Shown in pieces: positions 1 to 14,900 of a stretch of DNA of 64,000 nucleotides. Source of the DNA: Vicugna vicugna (Eukaryota). The stretch covers positions 310,001 to 374,000 of the forward strand of contig MU058444.1 of NCBI GenBank assembly GCA_013265495.1, given 5' to 3'. A program made the translations under genes and the position numbers. Every line of letters begins with the position of its first letter. Positions within the stretch are counted from its first letter, which is position 1. The notes under the pieces were generated by a model that saw nothing but the letters and a program-made list of their open reading frames with translations, was not told the DNA's origin and did no database searches.

Positions 1-2158
1 TTTTTGCAGGCAAATACCTTCTTCTCAGGCAAGTTAGGAACAGGCATAGGGTGGAAAGCAATGGTCTTTGGAGCAGGAGCCCTGTGTTCTGTTTGCTGAG
101 CTTGTACATAAGCAGGTTAGCTTGAGGAGGGGACGCCTTCCTATGGAGCAAGCCTCTTGGCCAGCTCTGTCTGAACTCAGTCCAGCGCTGTTCTCAGGCA
201 GTTGCTTTAGGTGTCCTCAGATGCCCTAACTCCAGACCAGTCCTGACCAGTTTCTTACAGCCGCTATTCATGTGTTCCCGTGGAGGGCCCGTCTTCCCAG
301 GCTTCAGTGATGTTTCTGATGCCCTGAGAAATAAAGACTTCTACCTAATTGACACACCTTTCCTCTTTCTCTGTTTTCTTGATCTTTTTCTCGGATGGAG
401 CAGAAAGCTGCTGTGCTCTGTGCGTGTGAGTGTCAGCTTGACCTTCCTTGGCTTGTGAGGCCATGGCTGCAGCCCCAGCCCCTTTTCTCAGTCTTATAAA
501 AACCTCCCCCCGGGACCTTAGTGGTGGCAGAGGAGGGACGGTTGGGGGGTCCAGGGCCAACAGCACCATTCACCTGGGCAAACCTCACCTACCTGGACAG
601 CTGTGCCATCCTGTAATGGATGGATGTACCTTCATTCGTTCCTCCCCCCCCTTTTTTTTTTGCCTTTTCCTTTTTTAAAAAGTTGAAGTGTGTGTGTGTC
701 TGTGTGTGTATATATTGCCATCATGTTTATGAAACTAGGATCGTAAGTAGTGTGTGTCCTTCACGACCTTGTGTGACCCTGCATAGGCAGAGAACAGTGT
801 CAAGCAAATGTGACCACAAATTTAAATATTTTCAGCTTTTAAATTTGTACTGAGAGCTTTTCTGTAGCTTATGGTTACTCTGTGGTGTTGGAGCAGGGCG
901 TGCATTTCCCCCTTTATTTCTCCCGTATTCTCTCCACCCCCGATTTAGAAATATTAGGTATGTTTTGGCTCAACTTGCATTTGTCAAGCTGGTGGAAGAA
1001 ATGGCCCAGGATCAGGAGAACCTTTCCTATTTTAGCCCTTCTTAATGTTAGCGGGTCCAAAGTAAACGGATTCTTGAAATTAAATGCCGTGAACTGAACT
1101 TTTCAAGCCCCCAAAAAGGCTGTAACCTCAGGTTTTAAACCAAGAGAAAGAGGAATTTCAAGTAACAATTTTGGTCATTTCAAAAATCACAGTATTTAGT
1201 GGCAGGCAAACACAGAGGAAAATTATTCAGCCTCCTTACTAATAAAAGGAATGTAAAACAGAATGTTGCCAGACTACTTCACCAGTAACGTGGGCAGTTT
1301 CTAAAATGTAAGGGAAAAAAGGAAGGGGAAGGATGTTGAACTGGGCACCTTATACTGGCTGGTCGAAGTGTAAATGGGTGTAACTCGCCCCTCTAAAGCA
1401 ATTTAACAGTATTTATCAAGTGCTCTAGAGATGTGAGTGCCTTTGACGCAATAATGACAGTCTGGGCGCTCAGCCTAAGGAAATAACCAGCAATGGACAT
1501 GAATAGAATTATAACATTAGGAATTTGGAGCAACCTGAATGTCCAACAACAGGGGATTGGCTAAATGAAGTATGAAAGTATAAAAGTGGGCTTTTTGTGC
1601 CACTGAGAACAGCCAGCTATTTGGAAGAATAATGACAGGGGAAAAGGTTTATAAAATAACATAAAGGGATGCACAAACCTAGTGTTTTGCAATATAATCT
1701 ATTTATATACACATTCTGTGTGTGTGTGCCTGACAACGTGACAATGAACAAATACTTCAGAGTGAAACGTTTTCTCTGGGTGTTGGGGATGTTGGTGGGG
1801 TTTTTTTTGTTCTTCTTAGGACTTTTCTGAGTTTTCCAAATTATGTTTGTAATCAGAAGAAAATTCGTGATTTAAAAATGCATCCTTTAGAATGCTTTGT
1901 ACTGATACAACCAAATGAAAATGGGGGAATGGAGATGCCCTCAGTGACTTCTGGTAAGGTGATGGAACTTGGTGGCGGTGGTGGTTTTTAATCTTTTTCT
2001 TTAACGTGCTTCTGTTTAGAATTCATCTTCTCCTAGGAAGGCAAATACAAAATACACGTGGGAAAGTACTTTAGAAGTGCATGCCATGTTTCAGCAGATA
2101 CTCCCCTGTGACTGTGGTCCAGCGTGAGGACGATGAAAACTCTCCACTGTGGAGGTAA

Positions 2159-2266
<108 letters not shown>

Positions 2267-3401
2267 TAACCTTTCTGCTTGCTTTTCTGTGGGTAGTACT
2301 AAGGGTGCCTTTTTTGAGAACCGGGCTGTCCTGAGCCCCTCCTTGGGGCTTCTGGCTCAGCTGTGAGCCCCCTGACCGGTGGATTCCAGGCACTTGTGTG
2401 GTCCGGAGAACCATGCAGGGATGGCCCTCCGGAGTCTGGTCCCGCGGTCTCTCTGGGCCAGGTGGGTCCATTTCTAATCGTGGGGACCGGATTTGGCTTT
2501 GAAGTTTGGAATTACCTAGATTAAATATCAAACGGTAATGGAGGATTTGTTTGTTTATTTGTTTTTAAAGGAACCTAGAAAGAGGAAAGAAATGAAAGAT
2601 TCTAATCTAGAGACTATCACTCAGGCAGGAGTCCTCAACCATCCCCTGCAAAAAAAGAAAAAAAGAGTTATGCAAAAAAAAGTTATGTGATCTTTTCTCT
2701 GTATTAGTGGATTTATATATAACGACTTTCAGCATTTTAGATGCAATGAGATCTTTTTGCCTTCAGTTAATGTTTTTTTTTTCTCCCTAAATACTGGCAA
2801 CCATAGATATATTGAAAGTAAAGTTCCTTTGTAAGTATTTAAATAATAGTTTTATTTTGAAACCTCACCATTCAGTAGAGTCTAAGAGAAGTATACAAAA
2901 TTTCTTTGTGTAGACCCTTGTGAAACATGTAATCTGCTCAAGTGATTGGCATCTTAAATCAAATTAAAAGGAAAACATTAAGAAAGTAGCAATTGCCTGT
3001 CAGCTGCTCAATTTTAAGTGATTCATAGCGCTGCTCTGGGTATAAGCTACAGGAAAAAAAAATTATTAAGCAGCTGTCTTGTGTTTTATTATAATCTTGT
3101 GGGCTAAAATTTCTCCCTATTTTCTCCTCATCAATAAAGTATTTCCACTCTCAGGCATTTTCAGTTACAGAAGCTATTTTCTTTCATAGAGCACTTAGTA
3201 GGCTTACAGCATCTTTTTCTCTTTTATTCTTACAGCTTGCATATCTTTTCTCTTTAATTATTTCTGGGTCACCCTCTCAGCAAGTATTTATCATGCCCCT
3301 GCACTGCGAGGCAGTCCAAGTCGTTATTTTTTGCCTTATAAATAGGAAAACAAGACAAACGTGCCATATGTGATGTAACTTTAGAAGGTTATTTCAATTA
3401 G

Positions 3402-3590
<189 letters not shown>

Positions 3591-3594
3591 TAAG

Positions 3595-4085
3595 TTTTTT
3601 TTAAATTGAAGTATTGTTGATTTACAATGTTGTGTTAGTTTCTGGTGTACAGCATAGTGATTCAGTTATATATATATATATGATAAATAATATATATATA
3701 TATAAATACTTTTTTATTATAGGTTATTACAAGACATCAAATGTAGTTCCCTGTGCTGTACAGTAGGACCTTGTTGTTTATCTGTTTTATACATAGTAAT
3801 TAGTATCTGCAAATTCCAAGCTCCTGATTCATCCCCCCCACCCCAGCCCCTTTCCCCTTTGGTAACCATTAATTTGTTTTTTATGTCTGTGTGTCTGTTT
3901 CTGTTCTGTAAATAAGTTCATTTGTGTCTCTTTTTTTTTTGTACATTCCATATATAAGTGATATCATATGGTATTTTTTTCTTTCTCTTTCTGGCTTACT
4001 TCACTTAAAATGATGATCTCCAGGTCCATTCATGTTGCTGCAAATGGCATTATTTTTTTCTTTTTATTTTTTTTGTCTGTGATAG

Positions 4086-4131
<46 letters not shown>

Positions 4132-4330
4132 GCAGGCCACATCTTCTTTATCCAGTCATCTGTCGATGGCCACTTAGGTTGCTTCCATGTCTTGGCTGTT
4201 GTAAATAGTGCTGCTATGAACATTGGGGTGCATGTATCTTTTTGAATTAGAGTTTTCTCTGGATATTTGCTCAGGAGTGGGATTGCTGAGTCATTCGATA
4301 ACTCTAGTTCTAAGTTTTTTTTAAGGCATC
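3595..4330 (-). mobile_element. 5'-truncated young L1 (ORF2 end plus 3'UTR) in intron 4, with an internal (GATA)n tract at 4081-4130
   Basis: Typical L1 3' text (gtccattcatgttgctgcaaatggcat, ggagtgggattgctg); colinear with the copies at 36140 and 60105. Confidence 0.9.
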
Positions 4331-6389
4331 TTTTTTGAATACTCTTTTTTTGAGGCCTGGGAATTTCTATAAGATATTTATTGTTTCAAGAACAAAAATG
4401 AAAGGGTTTTAGGACAATTTCTGGAGCACAGCCACCATAAGGAAATTTGTAACCAGAGATTGCTTCAGGACGAATCCGGTGTGAAAATAGCAGAACTGCT
4501 GTGACTGTGTAATTCCACCCCCCCCCCCGCCTTCAGTACCGCTTTCCCCAGTCAAGTACTATTGCTGTAAATGTTTATAGGTTTATACATGTTAATGGTT
4601 TAATACTGTACTGTCTTTTGTTTGCTTGGGGCACTTCAGTTTATTTGATTCTTTACTTTCTTAATGATTTTGTCCCCCAAAATGAAAAAAAAAAATCCAA
4701 GTGGTTTAGGGCAGGAATTTTTAAAATATAGTGGAGAACAGATGTAATTTTTTTTTAAAGTAACCCCTCATCCAGTCCCTGAAATAGAATCCTAAAAATA
4801 CAGTTGACCTACGTTCTGGCTTCTAGAAGAATGTCCCTCATGTGCCTGCTCTCGGGGACTCTGTGAGACGTTAAGGTCAGTATGCTGAGAGGAAAAACTT
4901 TTGTGGTATCTTTCTGCAGGAGTTTGTGAGGTTTTTTTTTTTTTTTTTTTAAAAACCTCATTTGGTGGTGGGAGGGGCAGGAAGGATAGAAAATAGTACT
5001 TTTTGGAGAAGAAGGAGGTTATTCTGATGGTATTCCATAGAAATTTAATGTGCCAGAAATTAACATTGAAGGATAAAATATCTGTTACAGGGGAGTGGTA
5101 AAAAAAATTAAGGTCTGTGTAGTTAGCAAGATACTATGCAATTAAAAAATATTTATTTGTTTGCTCTCGCTTTGATTATGAGAACTGTTACGTGGTTTCT
5201 AAATTTCTAAAATCATTTTTCGTTTCCTAAAACTGGAGGAGGATACACCGAACTTGTGTGTTTCATCGTGTAGTTCACATGCATTTCCGAGGAGATGGGG
5301 TTTATATGCGTATGTGTGCTGATCATGCAAATCACATGTGCATTTGCTGATGTTACGAAACCAGCTCTGTTAGCGCCTGTGATTCTGGCTCTTACGCTGG
5401 AGGAGAACAGAGGATTAGGGCGGATTAGAGGGTTGGGGTGAAGTTTGACTCCTTGTGTTCTGTGCGGCACTTGTGAAAGTCCTCCGCGTGGGGGCGTCAC
5501 TCTGGTGATACCAGCGGAAGCTCACGTCTTAGGTTGGCTGGAGCTTAGTGCGGTGCCTGCTGGAGTCGCGGCGACTCAGGTTTCTTCTGAATCAGTACGT
5601 TTCGCCAGCGCCGACATCACTGGGACGTGTGCGGTTTCTGCGGGTGCAGGGTTGCCACTGCCTGTGCAGACGCGACCCAGATCATCAGCTTCTGAGGGGG
5701 AGCCCATCTGCCTCCTTTAACCGTGCTCCTCACGGACATGGATTGCACCCGAGGCGCAGGAGAATCCGCTGCAAAGAGTGCCACTCTGGGGTTTAATAAG
5801 AATAAAAGCAACATTATTACAGCCGCCGTTTACCGAAGCAGCCCTGCGCCCCAGGCACCACGTGGCGCGCGATAGTACGTTACGCCTCCTGCGTTTCAGT
5901 GGCCCCTTGCTCTGTGAGCGCAGCGTCTGGTGAGAGCCCATGGGTGCCCTGGACCCAGGGCCCACTGCTTCCAAACAGGCACGGCTCCTCACTGACGTTG
6001 GGAAGAAGGGCTTCGTGAGATTAAAGGCGTTCCCGCACATTTTTGACATTCTCAAGTCCAGAAGCGCGTCTATGACTGCTATCTTGGTCCGGGGAGTGGT
6101 TCCCTTTCAAGGGCTGGTGACTTACGTTCGCGTGTCAACTGCACAGAGTATCCGAGTGAGGGAGCCTTAGAGTGATGACGCTACTGTTTTGAACTTTTAA
6201 TATTAAAATTTGGGAAGTAGCGGTTATGTTGTTAGTGGGGGTACAGGCGGTGGTGGTCTTGGATACTTCTGCCCCGGGAAGCGACATGCGAGGTTTTGTT
6301 AGGGCTTGTTCCTTGCGCAGTGTGCATATTGTGAAGTAAGCAGAATGTTAGAAGCTTCCCTGATACTTTCCCCTTATGTTCATTTCTAG

Positions 6390-6446
6390 TCTGTATAACC
6401 TGGCTTCACTGGAACTGAGAGAGAATCTTCTCACATATCTTCCTGA
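6390..6446 (+). CDS. LRRC1: LRRC1 exon 5 (57 nt): LYNLASLELRENLLTYLP(D)
   Basis: ttctag|T acceptor, CTGA|gtgagt donor; LRR pattern LxxLxLxxN. Confidence 0.96.
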
Positions 6447-6601
6447 GTGAGTCTCTGGGGAAATAATACACTGAATGAATTTCTTTAAGCGTTGGGGAGG
6501 GGGGTGGGGGGAAGGCACAGCAGTATCTTGTCAAAAAGAAGTTCTGTGTCTTTTGGAAAGTTTGAAACTTTTAAGCCTTCCCTTAATAGTCCTTCCCTTA
6601 A

Positions 6602-6808
<207 letters not shown>

Positions 6809-7135
6809 TGAAGAGAGATTTGAACTGCACTTCATCCTTAGTTATGGTCACAGCAGATTTGGGGGGAGACATAGAGGGGTGCTTGTAAACCAGGGTTTCC
6901 ATGGATACAGCTCAGCAGCATGAGAGGATGTGCTTCAGTTCACACAGGTTAAGAAAGATGATTTGGGGGTGGAGAGTCAGGAGACAGTGGTCACTAGTGG
7001 AAACAGCTGGCCTCCTTGGGGAGCAGTGGGGTTGCTTTTAGGAAGGGAGGCCTGATGTTGGACAGGTACCAGCCAGCATCCTCCCTGGCACCCAGCTGTC
7101 AACTGTTGAATCAGGGTTTTTTTGGTATATATATA

Positions 7136-7406
7136 TTTTTATTGAAATGTAGTCAGTTTACATTGTATCAATTTCTGGTGTACAGCACACTGCTCCAGTC
7201 ATACATGAACACACATATATTCGTTTTCTTATTCTTTTTCACCATAAGTCACTACAAGATATTGAATATGATTCCCTGAGCTACACAGTGTGAACTTGTT
7301 GTTTATTCTATATACCTCAGTGAGTATCTGCAAATCTCTAACTCCCAGTTTATCCCCTCCCACCCCTGTATTCCCTCGGGAGCAGTTTGTTCTCTGTGTC
7401 TGAGTC
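7136..7406 (-). mobile_element. L1 3'-end fragment in intron 6
   Basis: Same 3' terminus (agtcagtttaca...tttctggtgtacagca...caagatattgaatat) as the longer copies. Confidence 0.85.
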
Positions 7407-7478
7407 CAGGATTCTTTCTTTCTTAGTGGAAGGCTAACTTGGGGCTTTGTTACCATAACATTATTTTTTTTGTTTTAG

Positions 7479-7628
<150 letters not shown>

Positions 7629-8939
7629 TGAACTTTTCTATCAAAGGGATCTTGAAAGCCGAAACATCGGTAGCAAAAGCAGATTTGGAAAAATATATCA
7701 AGCGTTCACCCATGCCACATTACCAAAGAAAAATCGAAAGCCTCAACCCACCATTTCTAAAGATAGTGAATATGTCCCGAATCTGTAAAGTCTGCATTTT
7801 ATTTCATCCTTGCTTTACGCTTGGGTTGCTTGCTGTCAGCCCAGAAAATTTGGAAATTACCGGGACTCCCAATTCGGATGGTATCAGTTTCTGCCGCTGT
7901 TGGTGACGTGCCCAAATGCTCTGGGATAATCTGACCACGTCTTGCCCTGTAAGAGTTGACATGAAAACCGTGTCCAAAGCTCTTGTTTCATATTTTTTCT
8001 AAATGTTGCTCACGGTTACACTAGAAGGTCACAGTGTTCACGTTTTTCCTACTGGTACCAAGTGTGAGAACCAGGTTCCAAATGAAATGCGGTCTCGTGT
8101 GGACTTCTGAGTCCCTGGTCACCTTTGGGGTCCCAGCCAACAGGCCCACCTTCTGGTCAGTTGAGAGAGAAACTTGAACAAACAATGACAACCACAAAGG
8201 GGCGTTTTCCCCTTATTTTATCTTTCTCCAGGTGGGACTGAATTTTGCTTTTTGGTTTCCCTTAGAGCCAGTGTTTGAAGTTGGAGTATATTTCACTATG
8301 GCCCCGGGGCTCATGTGTTGCAGGCATTCAGAGGCTGTCTCTGCTCGGCTGTGCACCTCGGAGGGGAGTGCATATCGGTGCAGGGAAGCCTAACGGCAGA
8401 AAAAAATCCTTCAGTAAAATTCTAATTGTTGCAGTTGTGGCGCTGGAATGACCATGACGTCCCCTGTGACTAATGCGGCTAGGGAGCTAATCTGAGTGTT
8501 TCTGAGGTCTTGGCTGCATTTGGGAAAAGGGAAGGACAGATCAGCAACTGACGTGGGCAAGGATTCGATGAGCACTGAGATTTCCCTAGGAAACTATGAG
8601 AAATCCTGAGCGAGAGATTTTTAGTTACTTAAGAGTCAAAGGGTTGGGGGGAGGGGTGTGCCAGGCAGTTACTGAGAAAGTAATAAACCGTCAGCTGTTA
8701 GACATGCAGGGGGAACAGTGTATGTGTGGACAGACATCTGTAGATGACTATGTGCAAAATGCCACGTCGTGAACACAGAGAATTGCACGCGCCAGGGGTC
8801 ACGTTGTTTAAGTGACACCGAGGAAACATCCATAGAACCGCTTTGGGATTCGATGGCGAAAAAGCCCTGTGAACACATCCCTCTGTGCTGCGGCGGGTTT
8901 AGATGCCCTTAGGTCTCCTTTTCTGTGTCGTTGATGTAG

Positions 8940-9275
<336 letters not shown>

Positions 9276-10153
9276 TGAGTGTTATTCTGCTCAGGTGCTG
9301 CCCCTCCTCCGCCGCCCCATCTCCTCTGTCCGCATCCTGTCTCCCTGATCTCGGGAGGAATTAGCCCAAATCAGAGAATGTGTTTCAGGCATATGAACAG
9401 CCACTAAGACATCTCCAACTGAGCATCGTAAACGGCTTATGAGAAACTAGCTTTGACCTTACCGTGTGACCAGGGAAGGGCTGTGAAAGGGAGTCGGGGT
9501 GTTGACTTGAGCTTTCCCTGGTACGTTGAGAATCGTCTTTTCCTGGAAGCATCCGATGCTGTTTCCTTTACAAAGCAGTCCAGACATTTCCTTTACCATC
9601 AAGGAACTCAGTCCGGGGTGAGAAAATAAACACAGAGAAGATGCAAACAGACAAGGACTGGCAGCTCCACCATCACAGAGCCGCCGGAAAATTGTTTAGA
9701 AACTGTGTTGAACCCTGTAAGTTGTCACAGGATTGGAGTCTCTGGCCTTCATTTAACCTTTATTCACGACATCAAAGGGATGAAAGATGCTCAGGGTTTG
9801 GAGAAGCTGTGTGACAAAGCACCACTCCCGTTCCGGTGTTTGGCCCAGATGAATGTGGTCACTGATCACAGCGCCTCGGCAGGGACGCAGACACTGCCTT
9901 TGGGTCCAGGCTGGGTGGAAATGGATGAGGATTTTGACTCTCGGTAGAAATATTCACTGTGAATCGTCCACGGCATCTGAAAGCAGTGGTGGGAAGTGGA
10001 GGTGTCCTGTTGTTGGGACTGGGGGAGGAGTAGGAGGCGTGGGTTGGCCGACTGCAAGCATTTAACAGGCCGTCAGGTAGGAGGAGGAGCAGACTGATCA
10101 CCTCAGGCAAGTGCGAGGAAAGGGCCATGACTCCTGATTTAAGAAAGCACTTA

Positions 10154-10293
10154 GGGGGCGGAGGGTATAGCTCAAGAGGTGGAGCACATGCTTGACATGC
10201 ACGAGGTCCCAGGTTCAATCCCCAGCACCTCCTCCAAATAGCATTAAATGAATAAACCCAATTACCACCGCCTCATTTAAAAAAAAAAAAAGG
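10154..10293 (+). mobile_element. tRNA-derived SINE, camelid Vic-1 type
   Basis: gggcggagggtatagctca...ggttcaatccccagcacctcc (A/B boxes); TSD aagaaagcactta / aagaaagagctta. Confidence 0.88.
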
Positions 10294-11309
10294 AAGAAAG
10301 AGCTTAAAAGAGACTTGTTCTAAATCAGTTTGGGCTGCCTAGGGAAGGGGTGAGTCTCCCGTCACTAGACGTATTCAAGGAGAGGCTGCAAGGCCACGTG
10401 ATCTCATTGGAAAGCTCAGTCAGGGCGAGCTCTGTCAGCCGTCGGGCTCCCGGCCCCCCGGGCTGGTGGCCCCCTCCCGGGGCAGTGTTAGTAGGTGCCG
10501 ATTCTGCCAAGCAAGGAGCCTGGGAAGCGGTTAGTTCTGCAGTGCCCTGCGACTGCACACAAGGCCGGTTAATCTTCCTCCAGCTTTCTGTTGTCTTGTA
10601 TGATCGAGGCTGTTTCCTGATTTTGCTGGGAAAGTGTGGCTGGGAAAGCCACTCGCAGTGGATAGGAGGGCGGCTGCCCATTTGGCTCAGCCTCCTGAGG
10701 AGCGGAGCTGAAAATGAGAATCTGAGGGTGCAGGTTCTCCTCTGCCCCCTCGGTGGGGGCCCTGCGGGGGCTGCGGGAAGCGCAGGCTCCTTCTCCACAG
10801 CCCGAGGGCATCCCCAGCGAGTCCATTCTTCCTGCTTTGAGGGAAATAGATCAGTTTCAATAGGACTTTGTAAGATCTTACTGCGCACAGAAGGAACGAC
10901 CTCATCTCAGGGGTCCTCCCTGAGTCATTGTCACTCGTAGGTGACACAGTACAGTAAACTGCACTGCACTGTGTTTTGTTTTGAGCCAGGGTGACTCCTA
11001 GAGTAAGATGAGCCATCTCTCCTTGGTGCAGGAATCATCTCCTGTTCTTAAAGCCCCACCAAGAGCCAGCTGTTGGTTTTTCTTTAATTTTTTTTGGCTC
11101 TGCGATGGTATTTTTACGTAGTGACATTTTAGAGGACTTGCTACTAATTGCCAACTGTTCCTGATGTTCCTGGCCAATTATTTGAGCTCTCAAACCTTTC
11201 GTGATCTCAGTGAGAATGGAGGAGTTTCGTCATGCGAAGAGCTGGGTGAGGAAATCAAATGAGTCAGAATGCGGAGAGGAAACCCTGAGCGGTGATCGGA
11301 AAACAATGA

Positions 11310-11573
<264 letters not shown>

Positions 11574-12225
11574 TGAAAAAGGGACCTGAGGAGCAAACAC
11601 GGGAACATAAAGACAACCCCTTTTTACGAGTGCAAGCTCCCCTGTCGGCGTGTGTGTCCCAGCGGTGCTCACTGTACCAGGACAGAACTGGCAGGCAGTG
11701 CGTGTCCAGGGAGGCGCGGGGACAGCTGGCCCTGTCGGGGGAGGTGCTGACGTCTCCACCAGGCATGCGAGGAGGACGGCCAGAGGGAACGTCATTCTGT
11801 CTGGGTTCCTGGAGCAAATGAGAGAGCAGAGCGGGAGAGGAAATAGAGTTGGCCAGGTGGGAGCACTGAGGGGAGGACTGCTCTTTGAGGGGCAGCCAGA
11901 CCACGGCTTCGACCTTGACCTCCCCCCGTCTCAGAAGTTGGGTGAGGCAGCTGCCAGTGCCCCACCCTTGGACCAGCCTCCCCGTTCTCTGGGGGGAACT
12001 CGTGGGTACCACCTGCTGATGGGGTGGCACAGGCGGGGTTTCCAGGGTGACAGGTCTGAGTTGCCCCTCACTCCCTGCCGCTCCCCTGCGTCCAGTCCTT
12101 CCTCCTCCACCTGCACTTCCTCTGCTGCTGCTTCTCCTTTTTAAACTATCCTGTAGCTGAGTTTTTGCTCCAGTCTACTCTCCTGCCTTTCCGTCCTCTC
12201 GTCTCCATCTTCATTTGTCATGTTA

Positions 12226-12385
12226 GTTTTTTTTTTTTTGAAGTACAGTCAGTTACAATGTGTCTATTTCTGGTGCACAGCACAGTGTCCCAGTCATGCA
12301 CGTACATACATACATTCCTTTCCATGTCTTTTTCACCAAAGGTTATTACAAGATATTGAATATAGTTCCCTGTGCTATACAGAAG
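12226..12385 (-). mobile_element. L1 3'-end fragment in intron 9
   Basis: Poly-T, then gaagtacagtcagttacaatg...atagttccctgtgctatacag. Confidence 0.85.
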
Positions 12386-13063
12386 ACATTTTTTAAATCT
12401 TTTTTTTTAAATATATAGTGTCACATTAGTTCTTACCCTACTTTTCCTTTTTCTTCCGTTTTCTCTTTTCTTTATAAAAGAACGAGCAATGCTCTTTAGG
12501 TGAAAAGAGCAGAAAAAGACAGCAGGAGTCAATCAAGGGCACAGGGGGTGGTGGAGGGGCGTGGAGGGGGGCCCCCCAGCAGCATCTCCCCTCGGATGGC
12601 ACAGCGGCCCCCTGGACAGGTGGGGTGGGAGTGCCCAAGCCCTCCTTCCTCATTCCTGGTTGTAGAATTACAGGCAGTCGTCACAACGGTTGGAAAAATT
12701 ACCTTCACCCCTGGGTTCCATCTGGATTGAAGAGCCCCCTCCGTGTCGGGCCCAGCCTGGTTCCTGCAGGGACCGGGTTCCCGCACCAGCCCGGGCGCCC
12801 TCCCTCTCTCCCCCTGGCCTCATGGCAGCCCTGCCCCGGCCCTGCCCCCCTGCCCAGCTCTCTGGCCCCTGCAGGCTTCCATGCCACCATCCGCAGGTTC
12901 TCGGAAGTGCAGGGGACAGGTGAACCCTGAGGGTGCAAATAGCACTTCCTTGAGCTGAAGAGCCTCCCTTACCTCTTTTACTAGGTGTCTCTCTGTTCCT
13001 GGGGCCTGTGCCTTCATTTCATCTAAACATACTCTCGCTTTAACACAAATGCAAAACTCTTAG

Positions 13064-13354
<291 letters not shown>

Positions 13355-14789
13355 TAATCATGGCACACAAGGAATCAGAAAGGTCAAAGACCTTGCGAGA
13401 CTGACGTGGGGGAAGCCAAGGTGTGAACTGCTGTCTGTGAGTGCAGAGGTGGTGGGAGGCGTTCATCGGAGATGAGCGTCAGGAAAGTGAGGAGCGTTGG
13501 TGGGTCTGGATGGCTGTGAGCGGAGCTGGAAAGGGTGGGCTGGTCGGACAGTGCTTGGGAGAAAGAGGGAGAGAAGGACGTTTGCGGGCTGACCTACGAG
13601 AAGGGTGGCGCCGTGGACAGAAAGGGGTGGTTTGGGAGTCGGGCAGAGGAAGAGGATGGCTTTTGCTTTGATTGACTTGGATGAGGAGTTAACTGTCCCA
13701 CAAGTCATGGGAGTTATAGAAACGGACCTTGATGCAGCCTCTTCATGGGAGGAGGCATGCGGGCGGAGCTCAGCTCCGGGAGAGGGATGTCCACCCTGCA
13801 GGAGGAGGACGGTGTCAGAGGTAGAGCCAAGCTTTTAGGATTTTTCGGTCAGTGCTCCTGGCAGGAGGGGAGAGACAGTCACCACCCCTGGGGGCACAGC
13901 TGTGGGGCTCAGGAGCATCTGGGTTTTGGCAGAAGCTGTGCAGATACTGGGGAGGGGGAGGAAACCCACGACAGAGCAAATAGGGAGGCGTCAGCTGCGT
14001 TGTTTGTAAAGAAGGCGCTCTCTCTGTTTGGAACCAGGTGATGGGGAGCACCGAGCTTGCTTTTTTATTAGCAAGATGGCCTAAAACAAAGTTGAGGTCC
14101 CCTCTACCCCGCCCCACCATCACGTGAGCTGCAGGTGAGCCCCTCCCCTCGGCCAAGGCCTCACCTAGAAGGGTGTGGTCCCCAGTGATGTGGTCACTGG
14201 CCAGGCGCACTTTCCTTCATATCTCTTTGTCCGACCCTTTCCAGCATCTGTCCTCGAGTGATTTCCAAGCTGCCATCCGACCAGCCGCTGGAACGGGAGG
14301 GGCTTTTCTGTTCCCAGGGCTGCATCTCAGGGTGTCCGGCTGGGCCTGGTGTCTCCTCCCCTCATTTTGGTGTTCTACCCCTGGTCACCCAGGCTTCTCT
14401 CAGGTGAGAGGCCAGTGTCCCTGAACGGAGGCCTAAGGACGTTAGTTATAAATGTGACCGTGTCCTGACACTGCCGCCATCTGCACAGTGGCGTTGCAGT
14501 AAGACCATTTCCAGCAGAAAGACTTACGCTCCCCCTCGGCTAAACTGGGACACAAGGAAGAGACTCCGCCCATCAGAACATTTCGGTTCCAGCCTCCAAG
14601 CGCTGCACCAAAACACGGAGCTGATTTTGTTCTTGTTGGAGAGCACGCGTGGACGGGTGCGGCCTGGACACCAGCCCCTGCGGGGAGAAGTCGGACAGGC
14701 TCATTGCTTCTGCCTCCGAGCCCTGCGTGGGACTCGGTGCTGTCGTGCACGTTAGGTTCTTGAATCGTCCCGGCAGCTGTTGAGGTCAC

Positions 14790-14900
14790 GAGGATGTCCT
14801 CATTTTACAGATGAGGAAACTGAGGCCCACGAGATGCTTTCCTTCCCAGGACTCACGTGGCTGGGGGGTGTGGGGTTGGTAGAACGGGCTCCAGACGTGT
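14790..14900. mobile_element. MIR core (other MIR-like pieces near 18030-18130, 35230-35330, 37790-37950, 59760-59900, 62085-62140)
   Basis: cctcattttacagatgaggaaactgaggccca is the canonical MIR core. Confidence 0.8.

Noticed and set aside
10154..10240. tRNA-like sequences with A and B boxes (six copies in the window)
   Set aside because: They carry SINE tails and in several cases TSDs, so they are tRNA-derived SINEs and not tRNA genes.
10325..10940. Overlapping 187-aa and 196-aa ORFs on opposite strands, and similar long ORFs at 11497-12144, 42899-43471 and 62496-63167
   Set aside because: They lie in GC-rich intronic or intergenic DNA where stops are rare, have low-complexity P/G/R/S composition and show no recognisable domain.
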